Of a stretch of DNA of 64,000 nucleotides, positions 51,211 through 64,000 are shown piece after piece. Numbering within the stretch: the stretch's first letter is position 1; each line of letters opens with the position of its first letter. The translations under genes were made by a program, and so were the position numbers. The notes beneath the pieces are model-generated. The model saw nothing but the letters and a program-made list of their open reading frames with translations, was not told where the DNA came from and made no database searches. This DNA is from Nymphaea colorata. Its lineage: Eukaryota. Location: the NCBI RefSeq assembly GCF_008831285.2, contig NC_045138.2, positions 24,304,001 to 24,368,000 of the forward strand, written 5' to 3'.

Positions 51211-52999
51211 TGGGGGATGACACAGAAGACACGACTTGTCTTTGCACAGAATCTCTCTAATCATGAAACTCTTTAAAATGTCATTAAGTCACCTCCACCA
51301 ACAGTTAGACGAAACTTTTCCCTCTGATCCAGAAAGACCAATCTATATGCAGAATTTCAAAGGAACTAAGAAAATCAACTCTACAAACGAAGAAAATTCT
51401 ACGTCAAAACCACTTTTTTGTCTACGTAAGAAATTTTTGCCAACAATCTATTACTTCGACCATTTTCTAGTCAATTCTTCAGTGTAGATGAAGGAATTAA
51501 ACGGTAAGAACGTTTGCATTTTCGTGCAAAAGTAAAAAGCATCGAACGTATGCTTCTTTCTGGCACTTTACAGCAAGAATGAAGCTTAGATCAGAAACAA
51601 ACATCGGTAAAACTGAGGCTCGTTCGTAGAATTTCTGTCAAAACGAAGGCCTGGAAATCAAAATTTCCTTCAGATCAATAATTGCCGGACATTGAAGACG
51701 ACCCGCACACATCACACAGACAACACGCGTTCCCAACTCCCATCTCCCAAACTCCCAGACAAGATTTTCGTCTCCACCCTTCCACAGAATTCCGTCTCTT
51801 AGTTTGCTTCTCTCAGGGGAAAACAGAAACAAATTACAGCAGTGAAAAAGGAGGAGAGTTCAGACCTCAAAGTATCTTCAGACATTTACTCACTTCACAT
51901 GTCATATTGATGAGCCAATTTCTTTTCCCGATCTTCCCGCCGCTCATTTAACCATGGAATGAAAAAAGAACGGTTCAAATTTAATATGGAGGCATTAACC
52001 TGTGCAGCCAGATTCAGAGCAACCAGAAATGCTGGAAAACTGTGGCTGTGAGTTGAAAGGGGAAAGGCTTCTGGTTTTTTCCTTTCTTCATATCCTCTCC
52101 CCAACCACCTGATTTTTCGTTGGGGCCACCATTAGAGCCCTGCAATAAGTGTCTGGATTTAATGACAGTGTAATTCTAAAACGTTGGGAGTTAGACTACT
52201 TAGATTATTCGTGAACACGAAGTTGTTGACAAGTTCTGTCTCCACCAGCCAACGAACGTAATCATCCAATTAATGCAACAGTTTCCTAGAAAAGAGATAT
52301 CAAGCTCGATTACCAGTGCGCTTCGAAGAGAGAGAATAAAAGAAAGTGTACAACTGTTTCGAGAAAATTGAATGCCTTGGACCAAGACCGGAAGCCATGG
52401 GCGCCGTTGCCTGCTCCTTAGATGAAAGGAAGGAGAAGAAGAAAGGGGAAAACAACCATTGGTGCGGTGCCCATTATGATCTATCACAATATGATGCCCA
52501 TCGACAAAACAATGCTTTCTGCATTACCAAAACCCGAATGCTCGCATTGAGAAAAGTTTATTAAGATATAATTTTTTTTCTGCAACTTGGTTCTTCTCTC
52601 TAAAACACAGTGTGACCCCCAACTTACACAGCCATGTGGGCGCGTCCAAAATGATAAGAATAGACAAACAAACAAAAAACGTTTAAAAATGGCCGGTCGT
52701 TTCTGTTATCACTTAACCGGTAACAATATCACAGAGACAAGAACAAAAACCGAAAAAGTGTTCGGTAGTTCTTGCGAACAACACACTGAAGAACTATACT
52801 CAGAAAAACTAAGCTTGAGAACGAAAGAAGAACAAAAATCTCAGAAACACAAGTCTGGCACAGTTATTTTTTACGCAACAAATTTCTATTGACCTCTAGA
52901 AACTAAGATTAGTTTGTATATATACAAACACGATCGGCCACTAGCAAAACTCTCCTCCGAAAGCTCATCGAAGAGATGGTTCGATCGATCTGCCGGACG

Positions 53000-53206
53000 T
53001 CAAGCGTAGGATTTGAGGACGGCTCCGCAGAAAGAGCAGACAATGGCCTTGCAAGTGCTCCAGTAGAAGGGAATGGTGCAGAATCGGGTGGACGTTTTCA
53101 TGTCCGCCACTCGCGCTCCTGCTCCGCATCTCGAGCAGATTCCGGCGGCCGGCTTGGTCCTCCCGACCGTCTTCTTCTGATCCACCAAGCAGCAGAAGAA
53201 CACCAT
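53000..53206 (-). CDS. 68-aa plant zinc-ribbon protein (CxxC...CxxC; family often labelled methionyl-tRNA-synthetase-like / zinc-ribbon_15)
   Basis: MVFFCCLVDQ...AAGICSRCGAGARVADMKTSTRFCTIPFYW...IVCSFCGAVL. ATG at 53206, with a TATA box about 100 bp upstream. Confidence 0.85.
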   Translation of the reverse strand: MVFFCCLVDQKKTVGRTKPAAGICSRCGAGARVADMKTSTRFCTIPFYWSTCKAIVCSFCGAVLKSYA

Positions 53207-53307
53207 TTTCCTTCGCTTCCTCCCCACAGGTGACCGGACTCTGGCGACGTAATTTTCTGAGTGTAGAGGCTTCTCCAGTTTGGTGGAACGCCTCGCTCGC
53301 TTCTTTT

Positions 53308-53318
53308 CTTATATATAG
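53308..53318 (-). promoter_or_regulatory. TATA box of the zinc-ribbon gene
   Basis: ctatatataag on the minus strand, preceded by a pyrimidine patch. Confidence 0.6.
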
Positions 53319-54683
53319 AGGGAGTTGGAGGGAGTGAGCACTGATTCGATCGACGGCTGACATTCTTAAAGTATCTACGTGTCGAGATCTGGGAATAATG
53401 AGTTGCCAACTGTCATCCACGTCTTCATTGATTCGTAGAGAATTTATTATTTAAAAGCAGAATAGGTTAGGGGGTGGACCCGGGACGCCGCCTTGACCCG
53501 CCCTCAGCGCAGACCCGATCAACCGACGGCAACGATTAATTTAAAGGCCAAAACTCATTTAAAATCTGAAAAAATAGCCAAAATTCATTTAAAATCTGAA
53601 AAAAAAAACAAAGAAGAATCATTTAAGAAAAAAAAATATGATAACGTATTCAAACTTTGGTCAACTTGGTGAAGATGTTGGACTCATTGATCGCCGAAGG
53701 ATGTAAGCATTTTAACTAGATGAACCTTACGGTATAGTTTAATAGTAACCCATTCAATCCCTACCTGCCACAAATTAATTAAAAGGGTTGTTGGGCGTTG
53801 AAGGGTAGAGTGCAATCGGGTGGTAAGGTGGCTCATATGGTTTGAACCGAGTAGTTGAAGGTTTGAACCCAGTGGTCACTGTTACTCTTTAGTGTATTAC
53901 TTCGAGGTTTCAACCCCGAGGTCGGTGTGTCACTTTTTATGCTGCAAACAGTAGCAATTTAGACACCTGAGTTGAACGAATGTGACTTAGCAAACCAAAA
54001 CCATTGAGTCATAGGGATATGATCTTAAAAGGTTTTAGGTCTAAGACAATTTCCTTTAAGTAAACACTAAATAACGAATACAATTGGAGGTAAAACCGTG
54101 AAAGTATCCTTCTCTTATTAAATTAGTCTGAATTTATTTCATTGTTCATTGGTAATGGTAGTTCACTAAAATTAGCAATAAAGTGCAAGTTAAAATTTTT
54201 CATGAATGAGTTTTGCCCATCAACAACTTTGAATGCACGTTCAGCTCATGCTTAGATCTAAGAGTAAAATTCTCTCATCTTCAAGGCGTTGAGCCCCACT
54301 CCGAAAGTTTGCATTCCTTCATGTCGAAGGCACTACCGATTTAAAAAAAAAAAATTGCTTCTAGATATGGATTTTTTTTTTTGTCACAGACAGATATTCA
54401 AGGCAACTGTTCCAAAATTAAAATGTAAAAAAATATTTTTTTTATTCATTTAAACAACTAAAAATATATGCACGATGTTGCGCCCTATTCCATGATAATG
54501 CTTGAATGTGGGAGTGAAACTGCAGCATGAGTTGTCTGAGTCGAAATATTTTTAATGGCCAGAAAGCGCCATCAAACAGAACAGTTGAAAAAATTTTCCA
54601 TATAAATAAGAAATCTTTCACTTCACAGACAAGCTACTACATGGTGTCTCGGTCAACGAGCACATTCTAAAACTAAAATATTG

Positions 54684-54827
54684 ACTCCCCACAAAAAATT
54701 AACATTTAAATATTGCTTAGCAGGAGTGATTCTTCCTTTCATTTGTTGAAGTCAACTCCCCACAAAAAATTAACATTTAAATATTGCTTAGCAGGAGTGG
54801 TTCTTCCTTTCGTTTCTTGAAGTCAAC
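54684..54827. repeat. 71-bp tandem duplication
   Basis: actccccacaaaaaattaacatttaaatattgcttagcaggagtg...gaagtca at 54684 and 54755, with about 3 mismatches. Confidence 0.92.
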
Positions 54828-56008
54828 TTAAATATGATGTCTCTATACTCTTTTTAAACGATAGTCATTGATCTTCTGTTGCATCAATAAAAAGGAATAA
54901 GTTCAGGAGTCAAGGAAGTGCTCGTTCTTTCTGGCTCTTCCTTCAAAACCTTTAAATTAAGTGGAAGAAGGTCACAAGTTTATTGCCAAAGACGCATTTC
55001 CTTTGACATGATTCGGCAGGAGTCTGCCTAACTTGCTTATTGAGAAAAGAGAAGGAATCTATCGAAATGCCGACTATTTCAGCAACTTGATAAACTCACA
55101 TGGATACGAAGATGAGAAATTGGGGATCAACTAATTAAACCAGCAAGAATAATGTGATAACATGGTACAAGATCACCCTATCTTTTTCAACCCCCATTCC
55201 CAAAGTTTTGTATTAAATCGAGATTTGGGTGGAGTATGGTATACTAATCAATTTAGATTGTCGCGATCTCGCTGTTTATAATTCAGGAGAATATCACCCA
55301 TAAGAATTGAATCAACGATGCGTCTTCTACATGACTTCCTGCTCAATCCACTATGCTACGGCCCTTAAAGCAAGTATCACCTTATGTTTGGAAACTTTTA
55401 AATGCACTCAATTTGTTTCACTCGAGAAGCATCTAAGGGCTGCTATTTAGCCTGATTTTGGCCATCTTATATGGTTGGAATACGATTCAAAGATTGTTGT
55501 TCTTAATTGGTATTTGCTGAATTGGACGAAATCTAGTTGTTGGTGTATTTAAAACCAATACGAGTTCAAATTGCCGACTTCTCTATAAGTCAACTACAAT
55601 TTCCCCAAGGCATGTGCATATGAATATTCGGTGCCGTATGATTCGAGCTCTACCTCTGGGTAGGTTAGCTTAATTAAGGCATGTGTTTGGTTTCAAATTG
55701 AGTTGACTTGATATCTAACTTTTTCTTGTCTTTTTACTGAATTAGATCTCTCCTTTGATATATTAATTGTCGCAAACCCAAACCCGTGTTGAAGCGCTGG
55801 CATTTGTAGTATTTTGTGAATCTATCTAAATATAAATATTTTAGACAGATTCATGAAACACTATATTAGTTTTTATTGCCAATGCTCCCCTTAATAATTT
55901 AATTAATAACATATTATGTGCTCTCTCTTTCTCACTTTCTTGTTGGAAACATTTCATTTACATACTTCTCATTTTTACTTGACACCTCTCTCTCTCCCTC
56001 TTTCTTAG

Positions 56009-56011
<3 letters not shown>

Positions 56012-56052
<41 letters not shown>

Positions 56053-56081
56053 GACACACACACACTAAGAGAGAGAGAGAG
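56012..56081. repeat. Compound (AT)n/(CA)n/(GA)n microsatellite
   Basis: Directly visible. Confidence 0.9.
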
Positions 56082-56905
56082 ATATCTCTACTATATTTTA
56101 ACACCACAACAAGAAGTAGCATCGATATAGATCGAATAGGAGACAGCTCTGATAAGTTACCCTAGGAAGAGAAAGAGAGAAAGAGAGGGGGAGGGTTCTG
56201 CATATGTGGATCAAGAGTAACCTATTAATGTAACTTCGGTTTAGTTATAAAATCTAAAATTTTTAGGAAGCATGTAAATGAATATAGTTTTCTTAAAATA
56301 TCAATATGAAAAGAAGATTCTTTTTCGGAGTCCTTGTGGGCAATTGCCGATAAGGTACCTTCACTCCTTGTTTAGAGTTATTGGTGCCTAATGAGGAGAT
56401 AATACATCTTTGTTTTAATGCCGCTCCTCACCTTATATGACATAAAAATATAGATGGGCGACACATCTTTTCCATGCCAGCAATCCCACTTAGATATGTC
56501 ATAATCCGCTAAATGAATGCAGTCACATCTTTGAACCGTTTTGGGACAAGAGGTGGACTGCAGGATTTAGTAGCAGAGTTGGTTTATTTCAATTAGATGA
56601 ACACTAGATATTGAGCTTCCTGTTGAATCAATGGCAGTTTCATAGAGTAGATGATATAACGATCTATCATAGAGTAGATGATAACTCTATGAAATGGTGT
56701 AGTGCGTTGAGTCTTACTGCACTCCATTTCTCTGTGGTGATTTCTTATCACTCGCTACGCCAATTAACTTTCCATTTTTCTTTGAAGCAAAATTTCTGAT
56801 AAAGCGACTTCTGTGCGTACGACTGTCAAACAGGTGCTTGATAAAGGTAAAAGGCTTACCGTTTAAGTTCAAGTTGCTACGAGCACCTTTATACTGCGGG
56901 CATTG

Positions 56906-58570
56906 ATGAAGATGGGCGTCGGAGTCAGTGCCGTTTCAACGCCACCTTCGTCTTGGAGACCGAAGCGATCAGTCGCCCCCACAATCGCCACCAGCTTCCC
57001 ATTTACTTCGCCTGAGCAAAGATGGTCGCTTTTCTGAAGCCATTAAGGTCCTCAACTCGGTGGTCGACCACCGCCGGCTCGGCACCCGAGGCTTCGAGAT
57101 GTTGTTTACGCTTCTCTCATGTAGGCATGCGCTAGGACCAACTTCACTCGAACTGAAGCCTCCGTTCACTCCCTCTGTGTCAAGTCCAGCCTTGACATTG
57201 ATCGTTTCATCAGCAACAGCCTCCTCTCTTTGTACTTCAATCAAGCCCGGTGATGCCGCGGAAGCCCAAACGCCTGTTCGACCACTTAAAATCAAGGAAG
57301 TAGTTTCATGGACGTCGACAATCTCGAGTTATTCCAAGATAGGTGGACATCGGGATGCTCTGATGTTGTTTTGACTCGATGCAGCAGAGCTGTATCCTGC
57401 CTAACGAATTTATTCTGTCAATCATGATCAAGGTTGTGCGTAAATGAATGGTGTTAGATTGGGTAGGTTCTTCCACCGATTCGTAATCGATCGAGGCTTC
57501 GATGACAATCGCGTTTAGCGCGCTTATTGGTAGCGGGTGTGTAGATGATGCGCAGAAAGTGTTTAATGAAAAGCCTCACAGAGATGTGGTTTCTTGGACA
57601 ACTATGATAGCTGCCTTTGTGCACAAGGAGAAGTACAAAGAAGTGTTGAAGTGGTTTTTGCTTGTGCAGAAAGATGGTGGGGATTCAATGTATGATGGGT
57701 TTGCTTGCACTTTCGACTTGCGGGAATTTGGGGTTAGTAGAGCCCGGAAATGTGGGGACATTTCGATTGAACACGACGTGCTCGACAGATTGCCGCAAAG
57801 GAACATGGTGACTTGGTGCTGCATGCTTTCGGCACATTGTTAAAATGGTCAAGGTGAATCAGGGTTGGAGTTGTTTGGGGAGATGCAGAGAGTTGGGATG
57901 GGAAAGGACGTTATAGATATGGGACCATCCTTAGGCCATGTGCAGCAGCTTAGGACTTGAAGCAGGGCAAAGAGATCCATGGCTTGTTCTTATTGACATG
58001 TATTCTGAATGTGTAAGTGTACTAGATGCACACTATGATAGTTTGGAGCATGATGATCGATGGTCTAGCACAGAACGGCCGAAGTGTGGATGCCCTAGAA
58101 ATATACGATCAGATGGTTGAGGAAGGAATGCTGCCAGATTGTATTAAGTTTGTTGGTGTGCTGTTCGCATGTAGCCATTCTGCTTTAATTGAACAAGGAA
58201 GAAATCATTTCAAGTCCATGGTTGAAATATACGGGATAAGTCGAGGAATTGGCATAATGCTTGCATGGTGGATCTTCTTGGCCGAGCAGGAGTATTGGAA
58301 GAAGCCAAACATACATTTGATAAAAAACTCAAAATTGACAAATGATTTCTTGTTATGGGCAGCTCTCCTTGGCTCATGTGCTGCTCATTCCAACTTAAGT
58401 TTAGCAGAACGAGTTGCATCAAGGATGATCAGACTGAAGCCAGCGAACCATCTGACCTACATTCTTCTAGTACTCTGCAGTAGGCCGGTGGCATGACGCC
58501 GGAAGAATTGAGGAGTTTGATGAAAGAGAGGGATCAGAAAAAACTTTAGGAAAGAGTTAGATTGAAGATA
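56906..58570 (+). pseudogene. Decayed PLS-class PPR gene (E subclass)
   Basis: PPR motifs are spread over several frames (EVVSWTSTISSY, DVVSWTTMIAAF, WSMMIDGLAQNGR, FVGVLFACSHS, LWAALLGSC) with many frameshifts and stops. The E-domain end reads GKS*IE. Confidence 0.85.
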
Positions 58571-60984
58571 AGAAGAGCTCGACTTCCAGTCGAACTTATG
58601 ATTCGAGTAGTGAGAGGATGATAGATCTTGAAGCAGGTGTCCTCAAGAACGCTGCCGTATATGCAAAAACCGAGGGCATTCATGAACTTTGCATTTTAAA
58701 ATCGAAAATCAGAGACGGACTCGGATGGAGGGCATGTTTGCTAAACAGAATTGGGTGTCACAGGTTAATTTGGTTGCAGTAGAAAGTGCTAGGATCTAGG
58801 GGACTTGTTTGGACCTTGTTAGAAACATATTTTTGAGGCTCAAAACAAGTATAGTTTTTGATGCTCAAACCAAATTTTTTAAACTTGGTTTTGGTGCCAT
58901 CCAGACTGACTACTGCCCAAATTTTTGAACTGGTTTTTTTATGCCAAAATCCAAGCTTTAACATGGTTTTGATCTCATCCAGACTGGTTGCTGCCCACCG
59001 AATGGCGCTTCTGACATTGTTTCCGTAAAGCAGCCACACGCAGTAAGCTGATGGCAGTAACAAGCTCCTGTTTACGGTGCCGAAGTAGGGCTTTTAAACG
59101 AATGGAAGTGTTCAAGCTTTCGCTATCCAGGGATGAACTGCATGGTCTATTTATGTCTCACTAAAGGCTGCAATGCCTCTTCTATCTCTCCCTCACATGG
59201 TCGCCAGCAAAATGATGAAAAAGATAGATTCTGTGTTGAGAAGAAGTGTGACTTGAAAGATGACAAAGAGGGTGGTCGTGTGATCGCTAGGCATTTCGGA
59301 TGAAACCCAAACCATTCTTCTTCTGTTTCATCTTCTCAAGCAGAAAACAAAGTCAAAGGGCCTTCAGAAAGAATGGACCCAACATTCTTTACGAGACATC
59401 GCCGGAAGTGGTGGTGGTGTTACTTGAATCCTTGCCCGCCCTTTCAGTAGTTTGTAGTTCTTTACTTGTGGGACTGGAAATTATTTATTATTTTATCTTT
59501 TCAATCTTCTCTAAAACTATATTATTTTTAGAACTTATGATTCTAAAACACATGATTCAATGTAATTGTGAATGTTGTTTTTAACAACTAAATGTTAGAT
59601 ATGATCATATTATATTTTTTTAGGCAAAAACGTGACACAAAAACGCAATGTTATTAAAAACATGTATAATAACATACCATGTATAAGAACACGATTTGGA
59701 AGGTCCTCGACCTTCCACGCAACCCTTCTCTCTTTCGGTCCCCTGCTTTTGCAAAGCCGTATAATCCACATGCCATGTAGAGCTTTGGAGGGCCACATGT
59801 TTTTAACATGAATCAAGAACTTTGGAGACTTCATAAGAACGAACAAACGACGACTCTTCCCTGTCTTTCTGACCATAAATGAGTTTTCATGAAACACATT
59901 TTCCTTTCAAATGTTTGGTATCACTCTGTTTTTATCCCTTGGGGGCATAACATAATTGGTTAGGCTGGTAAGCTTGTTTGATTTTCATGAGTTTATTCAT
60001 GTAAACCATAAATAGTGAGGTGCATGAATTTATTCAATGTTAGTTCATTCATTTTTCTATTGACATTTTCAAGTTTTTATTATGTTATATACTTAATACA
60101 CTTTTGAAAATAGAAATCCGTGTGAATGAGTGCTTTTCTAAAAAGTTTTTTCTGATTCTGCGACTGTTCTTCCTGTTATTATAAACAAAAGAATAAGGCG
60201 TTTAGATTCATTGATAAATTGGGCAAGCCTAATAATAAAAACATGTCATTTCCAATGTCGTTAATATTGGTCCAGTATTGGCCGTATCATCAAATACGCG
60301 TCGCATCAGCCATAAATTAAAATAATGTCGATAGGTACCATATCTGAAATATAAATTATTTTTTGTTTTAGAACGTTTTGGTACATAATTATGAATTAGT
60401 TGTAAATAGTAAATAGAAAATAGCCCATTTTTTGTTGTGGAATCGAAATTTGTCATGGTCCTCCTATTAAGAATGAGAATGCGTGCTCTTCACGGACCCT
60501 TCGGCGGAATATGAACCACGTGTTCTGAGCGATCTTTTTTTGAGGTCATTGAGTGGCCGGCATCGACCGGCGGGTGAGGTTTAAAATTTAAATCTAACCC
60601 ACTGGACCACCAAGGCAAGCGGCCCGTCTAGGTCAAGTAACAACCGTCTCATCTCACCAGAAGCCATCTCCGGTGAACCTTCGCCGGACGGAATTTGTGT
60701 TCGGCGAGTCTTACCGTTACCGTTTCACCATGAAGGTTAAATTGAACTGTAATTTTCGGTGAGTATGCCGGAATAATATCATGTGAAGATATTATTGCTT
60801 TGCAACTCGGGCTTTACCAACAGCCAAACTTGTGATGACGAAAGCGCGTTTTGATTGTCCTCATGCAGAATCTTAACATATCGTTTGGCAATGAAAACAA
60901 CTTCAAACTGTTCCACTAATATACTTCAAAAATACATGAAGCACTTGTCACATTCATAAAATAGTTACAAATTGTTTTTTTCGC

Positions 60985-61180
60985 CAGGTGCAGAGACAAG
61001 GGACGGCCGGCAGGAGCCTTGTCGAATGGCACCCGCTCAAAAAAAAAAAAAAATTGGCACCCCCTCAAAAAAATTATTTGAATTTACATGTAAATTTTAA
61101 GAAACTTTGTTTATCTTATATAACAAATTTGAAAAAATATATTTCAATCTTTACACGAAAAATTTCTAGCTCCACTCCAC
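60985..61180. mobile_element. Short hAT-like MITE, reverse copy of the 43337/49786 family
   Basis: Ends aaaaatttctagctcc, the reverse complement of the family start. Flanks ttttcgcc and ttttggcc form a possible decayed 8-bp TSD. Confidence 0.5.
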
Positions 61181-62639
61181 TTTTGGCCAAACGAGTCTTA
61201 ATGGATGTTCGACAATAAAAGTAATAATAAAATGTTCCATAACTTTGTTTCAATTTTCATGAAACACCATGTTATTGGCTAATGCTAATCAAAAGTTCAA
61301 GAGAAAACATAAAACTCCGTTGTCTGGATTAAAGCTTACGAGCACAAGCTATGGTCATGAACTTAACTTTTATTAGATTGGTTATATAACTTTGAATTCT
61401 CACCGTTTCTTTTCTAAACCATGGTCTTAGACAATTTGCATTCATAAGTATATCTGAATTTGTGAAGCACCGCCGTAAATTCGCTTAACTGATTAGCCCC
61501 TTGGCTAGCTACCATGAAGGCATGAACGGCTTCAAGTGCCAATGGCCTATTATCTAAGGATGCTAATATGTCAGCTTTTTAATTATTTAACAAAAAAATT
61601 GGCTACGTTTTATATGTTCAACTTTTTTATATTTTTCATTTATTTTTAACAAAAAAAAAATAGTTTTTAAATTTTAATCCCATAAAAATTGTATGCTTAG
61701 TTATAGAGCTTCATATGGCACATCTTAGCTCCCTAGATCTTATTTTCTCAGTTACAACCAAATCTATTTTTTCAATGTTAAAAGCATCTGGCTGAAGAGT
61801 CTTGCATTAGAAAGAAAACTACTTTTCCATCTTGGCAGCTTGAACTCTTCACCTTCCTCCATATAAAAATATGCCTTCGATTTTGACGATTCGGCATGTT
61901 AGTCATCACAAAAGGACTGCCTCCCAAGTTCGCGAAATCAATTGATTAGAAAATTGACATTTTGACTGACAAATGTAATTCTGAAGTTCCAGAAAGAATC
62001 AAGGGGACCCAAGATTTTTTTCTTCCCCTTCAGGCAAGGCAATGCCAAGATTGACAATTTCGTGGAATCTTTGGGCCTTTTTTTTCTTTCTTATTAGGCA
62101 GATCTTAATTTATCAGTTTTTGAGAGTTCTCGTTATTGAATGTTAGGTCTCTTTCAACTTGATAGACTTTTCAAGTCGAATTCTCGAACAGGAAAAGGAA
62201 AATGAAGTTTGTGAGTATCATTCTGTATATTACATAGAATTTAATTTTATCAGAGCAAGTAGTTTGCTGAATTTTCCGAAAATATGGATTTGGCGCTTTT
62301 CGTTGGTTTCGTTCAGGCCCGAATCTTGTGCTTTACTGCAGCGACAGCCTTAACAGTATCCCCCAGTGAAACAGCAGCGTTAGAATCGGTGGGACTTTCA
62401 AATATCGCGTTTGGGGGATGTATCAGAGTTCGTGATAATAATGCCAAAAGCGATTCATCCGACACGGACACGATCATGATCCAAGCGGGCCTGTAAGAGC
62501 TTCGCGCGACCACCAAATATCCGGAAAAAGGTCCCTCTTTTTTGTGACTCTCGAAGTTCACATTCGAGGACCACGAAATCCAGAAATTAAAAAAGCCGAA
62601 AAACGACGTTCGTGAACCTCCAAGATCTCGGGCGCGGAT

Positions 62640-63000
62640 CTTCTAAACGGGTCCCTTGGCAGAACAGACGTAACGGCAGCCACGTCAAAAAGGGCCGGCT
62701 GCGAAACGAGGACTCTCGGCCGCTCCTGCACGCGTCACGAGGGTGACGCCCTCTTTCTTCTCCTCTGCTTCCCTCTATTTATTTGACTCACTCTTCTCCC
62801 AACAAATTCGTGAATCGTGCTTCAGGTTCCGTAAAGAGAGCGGTTGTTTTCTCCAATTCTCTGGGAATTCATTTTTGTAGATCGTCAAAGCAAAAGGAAG
62901 AGAAAACGAGTAGGAGAAAGAGGAGGAAAGGACGAAGAAGTTGGCGTCCAGGATACTCGGAAATGGCTGTCCTTCTAGAAGGTGATTTCTAGTAAAGGCC
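62640..63000 (+). promoter_or_regulatory. Probable promoter and first exon of a gene continuing beyond the window
   Basis: CpG-rich stretch with gccacgtc (ABRE-like) and cacgcgtc (CE3-like) motifs, a pyrimidine patch at about 62750, then U-rich intron-like sequence to the window end. Confidence 0.4.
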
Positions 63001-64000
63001 CGCCCCATCTTTGCTTCCTAACCGTCCATCTCCTGTCTCGTTTTCTTCCTCGTCTTTGAATTTGCATTTCAATTCAATTGTTTAAATCCCGAACTTTTCG
63101 AATACATTATGCGTCTTTAGTTCGTAGTTCGCACTGTTGACGTCTCTCCGTTCAGGTTTTCGGCCCTTAAGTCGCGATTCCAGAAATGCAACTTTTTAAT
63201 TATTTTCTGTTGGACCATTTACTTTAGTAGTTCATGCTTTTCTGGAATTTAATAGTTCCGGATCCGGACAGCGATCTGAACGACAGCCAAGAGATTCCGG
63301 AATATTTCTTGCGCGGCAAGAAACAGAGTGAAGCATATTTCGTAGCGGGTTATAAAACGCCCCGAGTTTGCTGTTGTTTTAGTATCTGTGAGATTTAATG
63401 GTTTAGTATACCGAAATATTTTTGTGGCTCCTTTCCTTTTCTGGAACCGGGAAAGCGTGAGCATTTGCTGTTTTTCCGTCGGAGTCTGTGGATGATTCGC
63501 AGGACTTTTGTGGTAATTAAGGTGAGGCGGTGTAATTTCGTTTTCGTTTCCCTTTCCGTGTTAAAGCTGCCGAGTCTCGAGCTCGTTTTGTTTTCCACTC
63601 CTTTTCATGGTTTCCAAGGAACTCTGTTTCTTGCTTGAACTCGTTTGACCTCCTCTAACCTTGTCATGGTACTTGGTAAGGACGTACTTTTTTTACACTG
63701 AGTTCGTATTTGTATGTCTGTCTGTCTCTCTCTCTCTCTAGCACCTTGCGAAGTGAATTTGGCTGGTTGAGGAAGACGAGTGAAGAAATGTAGTGTTCCC
63801 TGCTGATAAATTGGGGAACAACTTTTTTTTCCTCCCATATACTGGTATATGCTCTGTCTTTCTTGTGATCTCATGATTCTCTGGAAACGCGAACAATGGA
63901 ATGAATACGTCTTCGATGGTTAGAGTTGAATTATTCCTAAAGTTCTTGTGTAACTATTTGTTCTTCCCATGTAGTGGTTTATGTTCGTCTTTTCTCCCTT

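Noticed and set aside
53810..53880. A-box/B-box-like motifs suggesting a tRNA or SINE
   Set aside because: No cloverleaf, and no tail or TSD found. Too degenerate to call.

Overview
This is plant (angiosperm) nuclear DNA with spliced genes, microsatellites and many MITE remnants. Genes in order: a decayed L1-type LINE set between GA microsatellites; an intact single-exon PLS-DYW PPR gene; a head-to-head inverted duplication of a root-cap-domain (LEA-related) gene, with one copy intact and one broken; a THESEUS1-like CrRLK1L receptor kinase; three tandem 9-exon S1/P1 nucleases (one ENDO4-like, two BFN1/ENDO1-like); NAF1; an island of co-oriented MHX and EXO70 gene fragments; a 68-aa zinc-ribbon protein; a decayed PPR gene; and the probable 5' end of a gene running off the window. 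The most notable observations are the C-terminal HDEL ER-retention signal on the third nuclease, the chimeric gene-fragment island, a templated-filler repair scar in the broken root-cap copy, the tail-less LINE in a (CT)n tract, an extra Ser-Cys in the DYW terminus, and a possible in-frame upstream exon for THE1. All exon models and family assignments were read by eye from GT-AG sites, reading frame and remembered family motifs. No database search was run.
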